The translations under genes and the position numbers were made by a program. The notes beneath the pieces are model-generated. The model had not been told where the DNA came from and ran no database searches. It was given only the letters and a program-made list of their open reading frames with translations. Positions 38,372 through 51,270 of a stretch of DNA of 64,000 bases are shown one piece after another. Origin of the DNA: Chiloscyllium plagiosum (lineage: Eukaryota); assembly GCF_004010195.1 (NCBI RefSeq), contig NC_057754.1, positions 9,515,516 through 9,579,515 on the forward strand, read 5' to 3'. How positions within the stretch are numbered: position 1 is the first letter of the stretch; every line of letters starts with the position of its first letter.

Positions 38372-38890
38372 TGTCATGATGTGGAGGTGCCAATGTTGGA
38401 CTGGGATGGGCAAAGTTTAAAATCACACAACACCAGGTTAGAGTCCAACAGGTTTAGTTGGAAGTACAGGTAGACAATCCTTTATCCAAAACCCTTGGGG
38501 CCAGCTGGTTTTCGGATTTTGGATTTTTTCCGGATTTTGGAATAAATGACATTTTCACAGTGAAATAAAATAAACTGACTGAGCAGCACAGGTGTGACTA
38601 CTATGAGCACTGAGACAAAACTGGTGCCTGCCAGCGCGGGGCCATGCCACCAAGTCATGTCTGAGTGACGTGGGTCAAGTGGGTGTGGAGTCGGGTTAAC
38701 TGTTTGCATGCCAAACTGCCTTGTTGTGGAGAAAAAAAACTTCACAAAGGAAGCTTCAGACTTCAGAGCTCTTTGGATTTCAGAATTTCGGATCAAGGAT
38801 TAGTCTACCTGTACAAGCTTTCAGAGCGCTGCTATTTCATCAGGTAGCGAGTAGGGCAAGATCCTATGACTGGTGTTATGTGATGTTTAA
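38372..38890. mobile_element. PLE-derived short element with degenerate hammerhead (38815-38843, -), split by a MITE
   Basis: Minus strand CTGATGA..AGC-AGC-GCT..GAAAG-CTT. aaatcacacaacaccag and ctggtgttatgtgat form an inverted pair. Confidence 0.55.
38467..38811. mobile_element. Tc1/mariner-pogo (Tigger-type) MITE, 345 bp
   Basis: TIRs CAGGTAGACAATCCTTTATCC / GGATCAAGGATTAGTCTACCTG, TA duplicated at 38465-66 and 38812-13. Confidence 0.85.
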
Positions 38891-39049
38891 TTGATTCTAA
38901 ATTGGACATTTCTCAAATTAAAATGGACAATGAGGAAGTTCCCAAATGGGATGGATTACTGGGTTACCTTGCAGAAGGAAATCAAAATGACCTGAAAGAA
39001 TTATTATACTCACATGAAGAGATATGTGGGAATAAGCTGGGAAGAACTA

Positions 39050-39960
39050 ATATAAGACCATAGGAGCAGAAATTAGGCCATTCAGCCCATCAAGCCTACT
39101 CTGCCATTCAATCAGGGCTAATAAGTTTCTCAACCCCATTCTCCCGCTTTCTCCCCATAACCCTTGACCCCCTTGATAATCAAGAACCTATCTATCTCAG
39201 TCTTCAATATCCTCAGTGACCTGGCCTCCACAGCCTTCCGTGGCAGTGAATTCCATGGATTCACCGCTCTCAGGCTGAGGAGGTTTCTTCTTATCTCCGT
39301 TCTGAAAGGCCTTCCCTTTACTCTAAGTCAATGTCCTCGGGTCCTAGTCTCTCCTACCAATGGAAACATCTTCTCAACATCCACTCTGTCCAGGCTATTC
39401 AGTATTCTGTATGTTTCAATTAGATCCCCCCCTAATCCTTCTAAACTCCATCGACTATAGACACAGAGTCCTCAAACATTCCTCATATGTGAAGCTTTTC
39501 ATTCCTGGAACCATTCTCGTGAACCTCCTCTGAACACGCTCCAGGTCCAGTACATCCTTCCTGAGATATGGGGCCCAAAACTGTGCACAATACTCCAAAT
39601 GTGGTCTGACCAGAGCCTTATAGAGCCTCAGAAATATATCCTTGCTTTTATATTCAAGTCCTCTCAAAATAAATACCATCATTGCATTTGCCTTCCTAAC
39701 TACTGACTCAACTTGCAAGTTTTACCTTGGGAGAATCCTGGACTAGAACCCCCAAGTCTCTTTGCACCTCAGACTTCTGAATTTTCTCCCCATTTAGAAA
39801 ACAGTCCATACCTCTATTCTTCCGACCAAAGTGCATGACCTCACACTTTCCCACGTTGTACTCCATCTGCCACTTCTTTGCCCACTCTCCGAACCTGTCC
39901 AAATCCTTCTGCGGCCTCCCTGCCTCCTCAATGCTACCCGTCCCTCTGCCTATCTTTGCA
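39050..39960 (-). mobile_element. CR1 LINE 3' portion
   Basis: WAKKWQMEYNVGKCEVMHFG, LYKALVRPHLEYCAQFW. Confidence 0.9.
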
Positions 39961-40111
39961 CCAGACCATTGGACAGTGGATGGTATGGAGCTGTCCAAAC
40001 ATGCCGAATGCCATTCGACTGTAGGAAATACTTGAAATCCCTGCTGGTAAATGATGACACATTGTCCGCGACCAATACTTCCGCAAGTCCGTGTAGCGTG
40101 AACGATGCTCA

Positions 40112-43100
40112 TGTCATAGACCAAGCCAGACCCCCTCAAAACATTTCAAGAGGTTAGCCCAGACCCTAACTTTGGTAGTTGTTTTAAGCAGGTGTAGAGT
40201 AGATATTCCAGGAGTGATGCAGCTGTCCCAACCACTTAGCTTTAAGAAAAAGAAAGGATTTATTTGCTAGATTACAAACAAATGAGAACAGAACACAGAA
40301 CAACTTAATCTATCCTAAAACCCAACAGATTATCCCCAACATAATAATGCTATTCCAACTATTTGCAACAATCCACATAAATGCCCCTTGGCACAAAAGG
40401 TGGAATCAAACACAGGGTCTTCCAGGAGCGAGAGAGAGAGAGAGAGAGAGATGGCAGAGAGATTCAGCAAGGAACACCTTCTTCCACGCAGCTGTTCCTT
40501 GCATCAAAACGCACCGCTTTCAGTGAACAGCCAGAGTGCTAAAAATCCAAAACCAAACCAAACCGGAGTAAAGCTGAGCTGGGAGAGCTCACTGTGCGAC
40601 TCGAACGCCTTTTGCCTGAAGCAGTACTTGTTAGCTATTATCAAACCGGCCCTCAAACCCTTTAAACCTAGTCTTTTCAGAATCACTGCTTTTATGACCT
40701 CTCAGAAAAGAAAAGCCAAGGACAGCATAACCACATTAAAGGAACAGCATCGCCGTACCTCCCCCCTTTAAAAAAAAGACCCATCAATATCCAAAGATGG
40801 CTTCATTTTAAAACCCTTTAATCTTAACCTGTTAGCACTCGAAGACACACGTATACGTTACATTGACGATGATCATGCAACGCGCTCTACTACATTTCGT
40901 TTCAGTCCATTTTACCCCTGCCACCGAAAGCCTTCCTTTCTTATTCAAGTCTCGACAACGCGTCAGCAGTCCGATTTTCTCATCCTGCCCCATGCACAGT
41001 TTTCACATTGAGTGCACGCAACAACAAGCCTCATTGAAATAGTCTGGAGTTTTTGTCCTTAAATTTCTCCATAAACTTCATTCGGTCATGACCAGTGTCT
41101 CAGATTGTCTCAGATACATTACTGCTGAAAACGTGTTGCCGGAAAAGCGCAGCAGGTCAGGCAGCATCCAAGGAGCAGGAGAATACATTACTGGTACATT
41201 ACTGTCTCAGATACATTGAAATGTTGTAATGCTCAAAGTCTCCTTCTATACAGTCAAATATTTCTGCCTATGAATGTTCAGTTTCCGAGTGAAATGCCCG
41301 ATAGGTCTTCCTAACTTCTTCCTGTAAGAGCACAGCATCGACACCCACATCACTTGCATCAATAGCCAATCTGAATGGTTTTGTGTAATTAGATGTGGTT
41401 AACACTGGGGCAGTGGGTAACACAGCTTTCAGGCTGTCAAATGCCTTCAGACAGTCTGCTGTTCACTGAAACTTCTTACCTTTCTTTAGCAATTCAGTGA
41501 GTGGAGCAACTAGCCTGCCAAAATTTGGTATGAATGTTCGATAAAATCCATGAATGTTCAATCCCAGGAATCATAGTACTGTTCTTTTTGTTGATGGTAT
41601 GGGAAGCTCCCCAATTCCCTTTGTTTTTTGCATTCTGTGGAGCCGTTTGTTCATGTCCAATAACGTGGCCCTGGAAGGTGACTTGGGTTTTGGCAAATTC
41701 ACTCTGAGCTCGGTTTCTCAACAAGCCCGCCTCCCGAAGTCGATCAAACCGGTCTGATAACTGTTGCAAATATTCCTTCCATGTGTGACTAAAAACTACC
41801 AGGTCATCGGTGTATATGATACAATTGGGCAATCCCCAAGTCACCTTATTGGTTTGTCTCTGAAATGTAGCTGGGCCACTTTTCAGACCGAATGGCATGA
41901 CTTTAAACTGATACTGTCCATTTGGCGGGATGGAAGCCAAAAGTGTTTCATTCTGAGCAAGTCCAACTTAGACATTAAGCTGCTTGTCCCATCTTTTCAA
42001 CACAGTCTTCCAAACATGGAATCAGATATGCATCAGTCTTTGTAACTGCATTGACTTTGCAATACTTCACACATAACTGTTGGGTACTATCTAGTTTTGG
42101 CACCATTACTATGGGTGAGCACCAGTCACTGTAACTCAGTTTGATTATGTCATCTTGGAGCATGCAAATAACAAACAAAGAACAAAGAAAATTTACGGCC
42201 CTCCAAGCCACTGTCTAAACCTGTCAGCCAATTCCTAAGCATCTGCATCCCTCTGCTCCCCACCTACTCATGCATCTGTCCAGACGCATCTTAAATGAAT
42301 CTACCGTGCCTGCCTCTACCACCTCTGCTGGCAACACGTTCCAGGCACCCACCACCTCTATGTAATGTACTTGCCGCGTGTATCCCTCTTAAACCTTTCA
42401 CTTCTCACCTTGAGTGCGTGACCTCGCGTTATTGAATCCCTCATCCTGGGAAAAAGCTTATCTCTATCTACCCTTTCATGATTTTGTAGACCTCAATCAG
42501 GTCCCCCCTCAATCCTAACCCACTCAAAGGTTGAGTGGGTTAGGATTGTTTTCATGAGAAAAAAACAACCTCTCTTCATAGCTAGCACCTTCCATACCAG
42601 GCAACATCCTCGTAAACCTTCTCTGCACCCTCTCCAAAGCATCCACATCCTTTTGGTAATGTGGCGACCAGAACTGTACACAGTATTCTAAATGCAGCCN
42701 NNNNNNNNNNNNNNNNNNNNNNNNNNNNNNNNNNNNNNNNNNNNNNNNNNNNNNNNNNNNNNNNNNNNNNGCAAACTTGTTGATCATACCAACAGTGCCC
42801 TCTTCCAGATCATTTATGTACATTACAAACAACAATGGCCCCAACACTGATCCCTGTGGAACACCACTGGTCACAGGTCTCCATTTTGAGAAACTCCCTT
42901 CAACTACTACTCTCTGTCTCCTGTTGCTTAACCAGTTCTTTATCCACCTAGCTAGAACACCCTGCACAACACGTGACTTCACTTTCTCCATTAGTTTACC
43001 ATGGGGAACCTTATTAAACGCCTTACTAAAGTCCATGTATGTGACATCTACAGCCCTTCCTTCATCTATCAACTTGGTCATTTCTTCAAAGAACTCTATT

Positions 43101-44468
43101 AAGTTGGTAAGGCATTATCTTCCCCGCAGAAAACCATGGTGCCTTTCGCTGATAAGCCCATTCTTTTCCAAATATAAATAGATTTTATCCCTCAGTACCT
43201 TCTTCAGCAACTTTCCCACCACGAATGTCAGGCTCACTGGTCTGTACTTATCTGGAATATCCCTACTACCCTTCTTATACAGGGGGACAACATGAGCAAC
43301 CTTCCAGTTCCCCAGCAACTCTCCTGTCTTTAAGGGTGCTACAAAGATATCTGTCAGGGCCTCAGCTATGAGTTCAATCATGTTTTGAACCCGTGTCAAC
43401 TTGAGAGGGTTGCGCCTGAAAGGATGTTGCTTAATTGGAACAGCATTTCCTATATCTACATCATGCATAATTAAGTTAGTACTTCCCAGATTACTTCCAC
43501 ATATCTCCCCATGTGATAGAGATAACTCTTTCAGATCATTTCAATTTATCTCTGGAAGGTAACTCAATAATTTGCCCAAATTTTTTTAGAACTTCTTCAT
43601 TGTCCAATTTAATTTGAGGAATGTCCAATTCAGAATCCTCTCTGCTTGGTTCTTCCTTCTGTGTTGTGACCGATAACACAGTCTCCTTTGGCTTTCCTTC
43701 CCTGTCAAAGTACCTTTTGAGCATATTCGCATGCCACACTCTGTGAGATTTCTTTTTTGTCAGATAGTTCACCTCACTCAATTTCCTTTTGACTTGATAC
43801 GGTCCACTAAACCTTGCTTTTAAAGGTTCACCTATCACTGGAAGTAACTTTATCCTCAAAAGCAAAATTGCGAGTTTTTTGATTTCTTGTTTGCTTCCTG
43901 TTTCATTGTATGCTGTGATACTTTGCTATCTAGCCAACTGCTCTGCTCTATTTAATCGTTCCCTAAACCTTGACACATACTGAGACCATGTGGTATATGA
44001 ATTCTGACTTACCGATATGTCCTTAATCAATTTTAGCAGTCCTCTCACTTCCTGCTCAAAAACGAATTCAAACGGACCGAATTTGGTCGATTCATTTGGT
44101 GCATCTCTGATCACAAAAAGCACAAATGAAATTCCCTTATCCCAATCACCTGGATAGTCTTGACCATAAATCTTCACATGGTCTGGAATGTCTGATGTCA
44201 CCTTTCCAGTGCTCCCTGCGACTCTGGTTGGTACACAGTAGATTTGAATTGTTTTATTCCTAAGCTGTTCACAACTTCCTTGAATAATTTTGATGTGAAG
44301 CTTGATGTTTTAAAACTTGAAAGCCCTTTTTCTGAGGCAGTATCTGTTAGCCCTTAAACTGGCCCTTAAATCCTTCAAATCTAGACTTTCAGAATTGCTG
44401 TTTTCATAACTTCTCTGAAAACAAACCCAATGAGAGCACAACTTTATTAAAGGAACAGCCTCATCACA
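40112..44468 (-). mobile_element. Internally deleted Gmr1-like element with 4-bp TSD CTCA
   Basis: CTCA at 40108-11 and 44469-72. 3' LTR 40112-40757, PPT 40758-40770, RH, RT (YQFKVMPFGLK..YTDD), IN (ARFSGPY), residual 5' LTR end ~44310-44468. Confidence 0.88.
42165..43375 (-). mobile_element. CR1 LINE RT fragment nested in Gmr1 element (spans N gap 42700-42770)
   Basis: [29 protein letters not shown]. Confidence 0.9.
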
Positions 44469-46434
44469 CTCACAGCATTTTAATCATCATCCCTGAGTTT
44501 GCCAAATGAACTCTATGCATGTCCCGCCATTTTGAATGGGTATCCAGAGTGACCAAGCACATTGACTCCATGAAAAGACCGGTGTAGTCCACGTGTGGCC
44601 AAATCCAGGGATAACCCGGCCATTCCCACAAATGTGGGGGACGCTGCTGGTGGTAATTTCACTCTGTCTTGGTGCTTTGGGCACCGGTCCATCGACACAG
44701 CTATTTCAGCACCCAATCCCGGTCACCAGACACAACGTCTTGCCAACATTTCCAATTCAGAAAGCCACTGGATGACCCTGGGAGAGTTCAACCAGTATCT
44801 GATGGCGACCTTTACTCATGAGAATCACTCTTACTTCCAACAGTAATGTGGCATTTTCTACGGTGATCGGGTCTCGCTGGCTTGAGAAAGGTTTCAATCC
44901 TGCTTGTCATGGCCACTGCTGAATTCAAGCAGAAGCTAGGGGTGTAAAGACTTTAGCCTTCTTTTTGTAGCCCTACCAGGTGTTTGTCATCCATTATTAT
45001 TACAAATTTATGTCCGTAAAGTTATCAATGGAACTTTCTCATGCCAAGGATGACTGCCAATTCCTCCTTCTCTCTGGGCATATTTGCGTTTGGCAACTAC
45101 CAACATCCGGACAGCCGAAGCTATGGGTATTCCCCTCCTTTGAGCCACCGGTCAGCCAACGCTACATGATACTGTTAGTGGAGGGAGCGCCTGTCAGCAC
45201 CACCTCACGCTCAGGATCAGAACGGCCAACATCTTGGATGACGATGGTGCTTTTTTCACTTGTTTAAAGGCTGCTTCTTGGTGATGTGGCCTTTTCCAAG
45301 AATGAACCTTTCTCAATAGCAAGTGCAAGGGTTCCAGTGCGGAGACCGAGTGACTTATGAATTTTCCGTAATAATTCACCAGCTCAAGGAAAGACGTAAG
45401 CTCAGGTGCAGACATGGGAGCTGGGATACTTTTGCTCACCCTCACTTTATCTTCCAATGGGAATAACCCAATCTTGTCAACTTTGTAGCCCAACTTGATC
45501 ACTTGGGGTGCCTGGAATATACATGTTTTCTTCCCTTCTAAGGCATGCATCCACCTGGGAGAAACATTATGAGCACATGATCAGATGAATAGCAACCTGG
45601 AGTCGACCTTGTAAAATGTTCTCTATCGTCCACTGGAAAAGGGGCACAGGCTGGTCATACCCCAAATGGCAGCCTCGTATATTGGTAGAAACCGTTACGT
45701 GTATTCATTTGTGGCGTTCTTCTGGGACACCTCATCCTGCAGGTCCATCTCCAGCTTTGTGCAGGACCGCTGCCCCACCCCTCGACAGTTTTGTGTCCAT
45801 ATCCTCTGTGTGAGGGATTGGGTATTTATCCAGCTATAAGAAGTGGTTGACCATTTGCTTAAAGGCAAACTGACCCACCAGGCTTCACCATCGGTACAAC
45901 TGGTGCTGCCCGTTCTGCAAACTACACGAGCTTGATAATTCCTTCCCTTTCCCGCCTCCTGATTCTGCCTCCACCTTTGCCCTTAAGGATCACAGAATTG
46001 CTTCCTGGTCAATACGTAAGGTGGCTTTGGCTCTTTTGATAGTCACCAGGCCTTGTTGGATAACCTCCAGGTATTTATTTAGGACTTCACTCAGGCTAGC
46101 TATTTTCTCATTGGAAAATGTTGAGCCAATCGAGGTGAATCTTTCCGAACTGATTCCGAACCATAAAGCTTAGGCCCGAGGCTTTTGCTACAGTCAGTGG
46201 GAACTGCTTCTCGTAGGAGACAGGAACTGAAGTCTTGCCCTTAATATGGAATGGTTCCCCAGTGTATGTTCTCAGTCTAGCTAAGGTCTTGCACAAACTT
46301 AAAGGTTGGAGTCTAGAACGAATCTTGTTAAAGACTGGTTCTGCAAACACTGATATAGAGAGCGAACGGAGAAACTGAAATCCAAGATCTCCATGACAAC
46401 CGGGCGACCATTTAACCAGACATATAGTTTCGGT

Positions 46435-47060
46435 GGATTGGACATGCTAAATTGCCCCGCAGTGTCCAGAGATCCGCAGGCTAGGTGCGGTTAGGGGGAT
46501 AGGGTAGGGAAACAGGCCCAGATGGGATGGAAAGGGGCAAAGATTTACGAGGATGTTGCCTGGTCTGGAGGGAAGGTCTTATGAGGAAAGGCTGAGAGAC
46601 TTGGGTCTGTTCTCATTGGAAAGAAGAAGACTAAGGGGGTTTTGATAAAGACATACAAGATGATCAGAGGATTAGATAGGGTAGACAGTGAAAGTCTTTT
46701 TCCTAGGATGATGACATCAGCTTGTACGAGAGGGCATAACTACAAGTTGAGGGGTAATAGATTTAAGGCAAATGTCAGAGGCAGATTCTTTACTCAGAGA
46801 GTGGTAAGGGCGTGGAATGCCCTCCCTGCTAATGTAGTTAACTCAGCCACATTAGGGAGATTTAAACAATCCTTAGATAAGCACATGGATGATGATGGGA
46901 TAGTGTAGGGGGATGAGCTGAGAATAGTTCACAGGTCGGCGCAACATCGAGGGCCGAAGGCCTGTTCTGCACTGTATTCTGCACTCTATGTTCTATGTCT
47001 TTGGAGGGTCGGTGCAGACTTGATGGGCTGAATGGCCTCTTTCCCTGCTGTAGGAGTTCT
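46435..47060 (+). mobile_element. V-SINE 3' half split by a CR1 3' fragment (~46531-46998)
   Basis: catgctaaattgccc.. then [21 protein letters not shown], then gagggtcggtgcagact.. resumes. Confidence 0.75.
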
Positions 47061-47748
47061 ATGATGCGGCGTGATGTTCTGCAATTTTTAATATCTCTCT
47101 TCAATACATGTTACATTCCCCATGTTACATTAAATCACTGAGTGAGCTTGGTGTGGCACAGTTTTTAAGAAACCCACGTCCATAACCAGGTAAAAACCTG
47201 TTCCGTTTTCAAAGCAATGGATAATTTGTTTCTTTCCCTGGCTTGTCCAAATGTCCGACAGACCCAGTTTAACTTTACAGTCAGTAGTTCTCAGGTCGAT
47301 CATTCTCACTGCCAATACTTCCCTCAAACAGGTTGTGACTTTTTTCATTGGTCCACTCCCATATCCTGTAGGTATTAATACTTTAGGGTCATATCCTTTT
47401 GTCCTTCCATCAATATTTCTGGTGTACCCTATCAGGACTGAATAAAACTTTTGCACAATTCTGTTCAAAAAAGTGTCTGTTTCAAAGGGGTTAATAGACT
47501 TGTTTGTTCAGTGACTGCAATTAAAGTCAATCCACAGCAGCGTTAATTGTGTCACTGGAGAATTGAGTTATTTCCAACAAAAGGCCCTCCTTTCAGCATC
47601 TTTATCAACACCTTCAGGGGAAGCAGCGCTCCTGGCACGTAAAGAGCACCTTGGTTCTGTAGAGAGTGAGCGGAGAAACTGAAATCCGAGACTAATAGAT
47701 TGGAACGATTCATCAGTGAGCTAATAACTGGGAACCACACAGACCGGA

Positions 47749-47941
47749 ATGAGAAAGAGAATGGGTTGGAATCTAAAAGCGACAGATTTCAATACTACAA
47801 CAGAGGACAGGAGTCTATCTCTTTGGCTTGACCGTCTTTCGGCAGATCAAACGTGGATCACATTGGCGGATCAGATCTATTGGATTCTTCGCATCATTCA
47901 ATTTGTTTACTATCCCATCCTCGCTGTTATTGGGGTCCCTG
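47749..47941 (+). CDS. GPR139-like GPCR gene 2, coding exon 1 (start could be 47749 or 47761)
   Basis: MRKRMGW..DFNTTT (N-glycosylation sequon)..YYPILAVIGVP, phase-1 donor G|GTAGGT at 47942. Confidence 0.82.
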
Positions 47942-48499
47942 GTAGGTATCACTACTCACCCTCTGACATTTTGAAACCATGTGGAATCCTATTCCTGCTC
48001 TTACCACACACTCTCCTTTTCTGTTGCTGTTGGTGTTCCTGCTGTGTCCAACCATTAGATCCAAAAATAACGTTTCATTTCATGTGTTTTTGATGCTTAT
48101 CTGATGGAGTACATTAGCTTCAACGCCCGAGACAAGCATTGTACACTGTCCATCCACCCAAAAACCTTTCACCTTCATGTCTAACATTTGCATGAGACAT
48201 TTCACATTCTTGCTGACTGTTTTGGACTTGAACTGATTTCTGACCCCACATACTAACCATTAGCTCCTCCAACCGACATACTATCCCTCCCCCGCACAGC
48301 ATGGCTGTTCAACTGTATCTTGCCTGAGATGATCTGTAGTTCATGGTTTAAATTTTGGGAAATGTCCCTGCTCCAAATTCGAATAAAATACAGCCCATGC
48401 CAACCTATACCTGCTCCATCTTAATCAACAGCAAATTTCTTGCATCCATCATTCCAGTGATAGAAGATAGGTACCCAAGATATAATTTATAATTCAAAA

Positions 48500-49650
48500 G
48501 ATAAAAATGGCAGATGAGATATGCAAATTGTTCTTCACGTTGGAAAATACAGTAAGTCTCCCAGTAGTTATTGAGACCACATTTGGAGTACTGTGTGCAG
48601 TGCTGGTTGCCTCACTTTAGGAAAGATGTGGAAGCTTTGGAGAGGGTGCAGAGGAGATTTACCAGGATGTTGCCTGGAATGGAGAATAGGTCGAACGAGG
48701 GTAGGTTGAGAGTGCTAGGCCTTTTCTCATTGGAACGGCGAAGGATGAGGGGTGACTTGATAGAGGTTTATAAGACGATCAGGGGAATAGATAGAGTGGA
48801 CAGTCAGAGACTTTTTCCCCGGGTACAACAGAGTGTTACAAGGGGACATAAATTTAAGGTGAAGGGTGGAAGGTATAGGGGGGATGTCAGGTGTAGGTTT
48901 GTTACCCAGAGAGTGGTGGGGGCATGGAATGCGCTGCCTGTGGGAGTGGCAGAGTCAGAATCAATGGTGACCTTTAAGCGGCAATTGGATAGGTACATGG
49001 ATGGGTGCTTAAGCTAGGGCAAATGTTCGGCACAACATCGTGGGCCGAAGGGCCTGTTCTGTGCTGTATTGTTCTATGTTCTATCTTCTGTGAGGAACTG
49101 ATGTGAATGAGGAACTCAAAAACCAATAACGACACAGTAACACTGGAGAAATAATTGGAGCTGAAAATTGACAGATTTACTAACATGAATTATAATGCGT
49201 CCCAGGGAGTTGAAAGAAGTAATTGTGGTGAATAATACTTCATTGCTGGCCCGCTGTCAACATTTTACAGCTTCTGAATTGGTCCATTAGGATTAGAGGG
49301 TTGCAAATGTATCACAGCTATTTACAAAAAAGGGAGAGGGATAAAACAAAGAACTATTGACCCAGTTGGTTGACGTCAGTATGAAGAGAAATGATAGAAT
49401 TTCTTGTAGATGGTGATGTGATAACGGGACACTGAGAAAACACTGATCTGATTGGGCCACAATCAACATCAAATTATGAAGGCGAGACCATGTTTGACAA
49501 ACACGTTCGAGATTGCTTGAGTATGTTCCTAAGATGACAGATAAGGAGACCCAGTGGATCTGGTGCTGATTAGATTTGCACAAGCCTTTCAATCAGTTCT
49601 TAAACAGGAGATTTGCAAATAAAGCTAAAAGGACATGGAGTGGGGTTTCG
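48500..49650 (+). mobile_element. Young CR1 3' fragment (48571-49085) within older CR1 fragment
   Basis: RPHLEYCVQCW..RGDLIEVYK..WNALP, (tgttcta)n tail. Flanks show RVANV..KKG and LDLHKPF remnants. Confidence 0.85.
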
Positions 49651-50006
49651 GGTGTAAATAAACTTGCCAGGGTTAACAGTTAATTATCTATAATTCTAAA
49701 TGTGTTGGATAGTGATGGGATCCGGACTGAAACAGGAATACAACAGCTTTAAGGCCAATGACTGTGTATGGAATTGGTGCTCTTAAAAAAAATGTCACGT
49801 TACTAAAACTCATTGAAAGTTTTATTTTCGGCGATTTCCTTGAAGGAGAGACAAGAGGCGTTGGTCCTGAAGTGTGTGAGAGTGACATTCATCCAGGAAC
49901 AGTTGTGCATTATTTTGTGAAATTGTGATCAATTGTTGAAGCCGGATGTCATCAGCCTGATGTCCATTCTCTGACTGGTGAACCAGTTGACAGTTTACAA
50001 TAGAAG

Positions 50007-50039
<33 letters not shown>

Positions 50040-50182
50040 GGAGAGAGAGAGAGAGAGAAGCTTGCAGAGTGTTGAAGGCACAGTTTCTCTTGAAATAAAT
50101 GAAGCCGCAGAAAAACAATTGTTTTCTCCCCATCAGTTTCTCTCTTTAAACAGTAAGTATGATATTATAATGAGCATTGCAA

Positions 50183-50455
50183 TTAGATTACTTACAGTGT
50201 GGAAACAAGCCATTTGACCCAATGCTTTGCCTATAACCCTCTATTTATCCTGGCCAATCCACCTTAAGCTACTCACCTACGGGCAATTTAGCATGGCCAA
50301 TTCACCTGACCAGCACATTTTTGGACTGTGGGAGGAAACCGGAGCAAACCCACACAGACACGGGGAGAATGTGCAAACTCCACAGTCGCCTGAGGTGGGA
50401 ATTGAACCCAGGTCTTTGGCGCTGTGAGGCAGCAGTGCTAACCACTGGGCCACCC
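50183..50455 (-). mobile_element. HE1-type V-SINE inserted in left IR arm
   Basis: Absent from the right arm. Confidence 0.85.
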
Positions 50456-50618
50456 TGTGATTTCAGCAATGGCGTCCACTCAGGAGATCAGAGAACAGAA
50501 AATCCTGGGAAGGAAAAGTAACATGTCATTAAAACATCTGGACTGGTGCCATTGAACCATGTTTCCCTCCTGTTTCCTCCATTCATAACACCAGTGTTTT
50601 GTTTTTGTTTGATTCTGT

Positions 50619-51270
50619 TGTTAGGGCCTAGGCCAGACCACTCAAAACATTCTTAAGCAGGAGGACCCCCAGACCATAACTTTGTAATTTGTTCCAGTAA
50701 GTGTGCAGTGAAAATTACCCTGAGTAAGTTAGCAAGGTTGACTACCAGGTTTTAAAGCAGACAAAAATGTATTCACAAAATTACACAATGAAACACAAAG
50801 AATAGAATAAGGAACCCCTGCAGAACTCAGTTTATCCAAACGAGACTTAATAATGCTGTTCCGAATATACACAACAATCCTAATATGCAAACCTACTTAA
50901 AGACCAGTGAGAAAAGTGCAACTAATGTTTACAGGTTGAAGTTAAAAAGACAGAAGGAGAGAGAGAGAGAGCCTGTTTACATAGTCCACTGCTGAACTCA
51001 CAATGAGTTCTGGACTGAACTGCTCAGCTAAGAGAGCTGACCACTCCCCTTCCATTGTACAGGTCACTTCTAAAACATGACCACTTTGGCCTGAAGAATC
51101 GTCTGTTTACATATAAACAAAAAGGCCTCTCAATACCCTTTTCACCTCTGTACCGAGCTCGTCTAATCGGAACTGGGAGAATTTTTGACCCCTCTGAAAA
51201 AGATCAAGGACACAGGATCCTTGAGGAAAAGAACAGCTTTCAGAAAGAAAAGGGGACCAGCTTTGTGACA
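50619..51270 (-). mobile_element. Solo Gmr1-type LTR, 4-bp TSD CTGT/CTGC
   Basis: TG..CA ends. The empty site (gattctgcccatg) is visible in the right IR arm. Confidence 0.85.

Larger units (their letters stand above)
36055..39050 (+). mobile_element. Gmr1-like Gypsy fragment (LTR piece, PR end, integrase) with nested insertions
   Basis: DHLGVRKT..FYWPGL..CRPCQ zinc-binding region, YLLTITDESTRFP, KKSHRVCRVNMLK. Homologous to 16400-17900. Confidence 0.85.
39960..46420 (-). mobile_element. Canonical-order Gypsy element (PR-RT-RH-IN), degenerate, interrupted by Gmr1 element 40112-44468
   Basis: PR ~46100-46420, RT ~45200-46000, IN zinc region ~44480-44800. IN core DNVSSFTSRDF..NGIRHVWTAPYHPLSNGL continues at 40110-39960. 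Confidence 0.8.

Noticed and set aside
47942..48093. C-terminal part of the 114-aa ORF
   Set aside because: Read-through into the intron past the conserved phase-1 donor.
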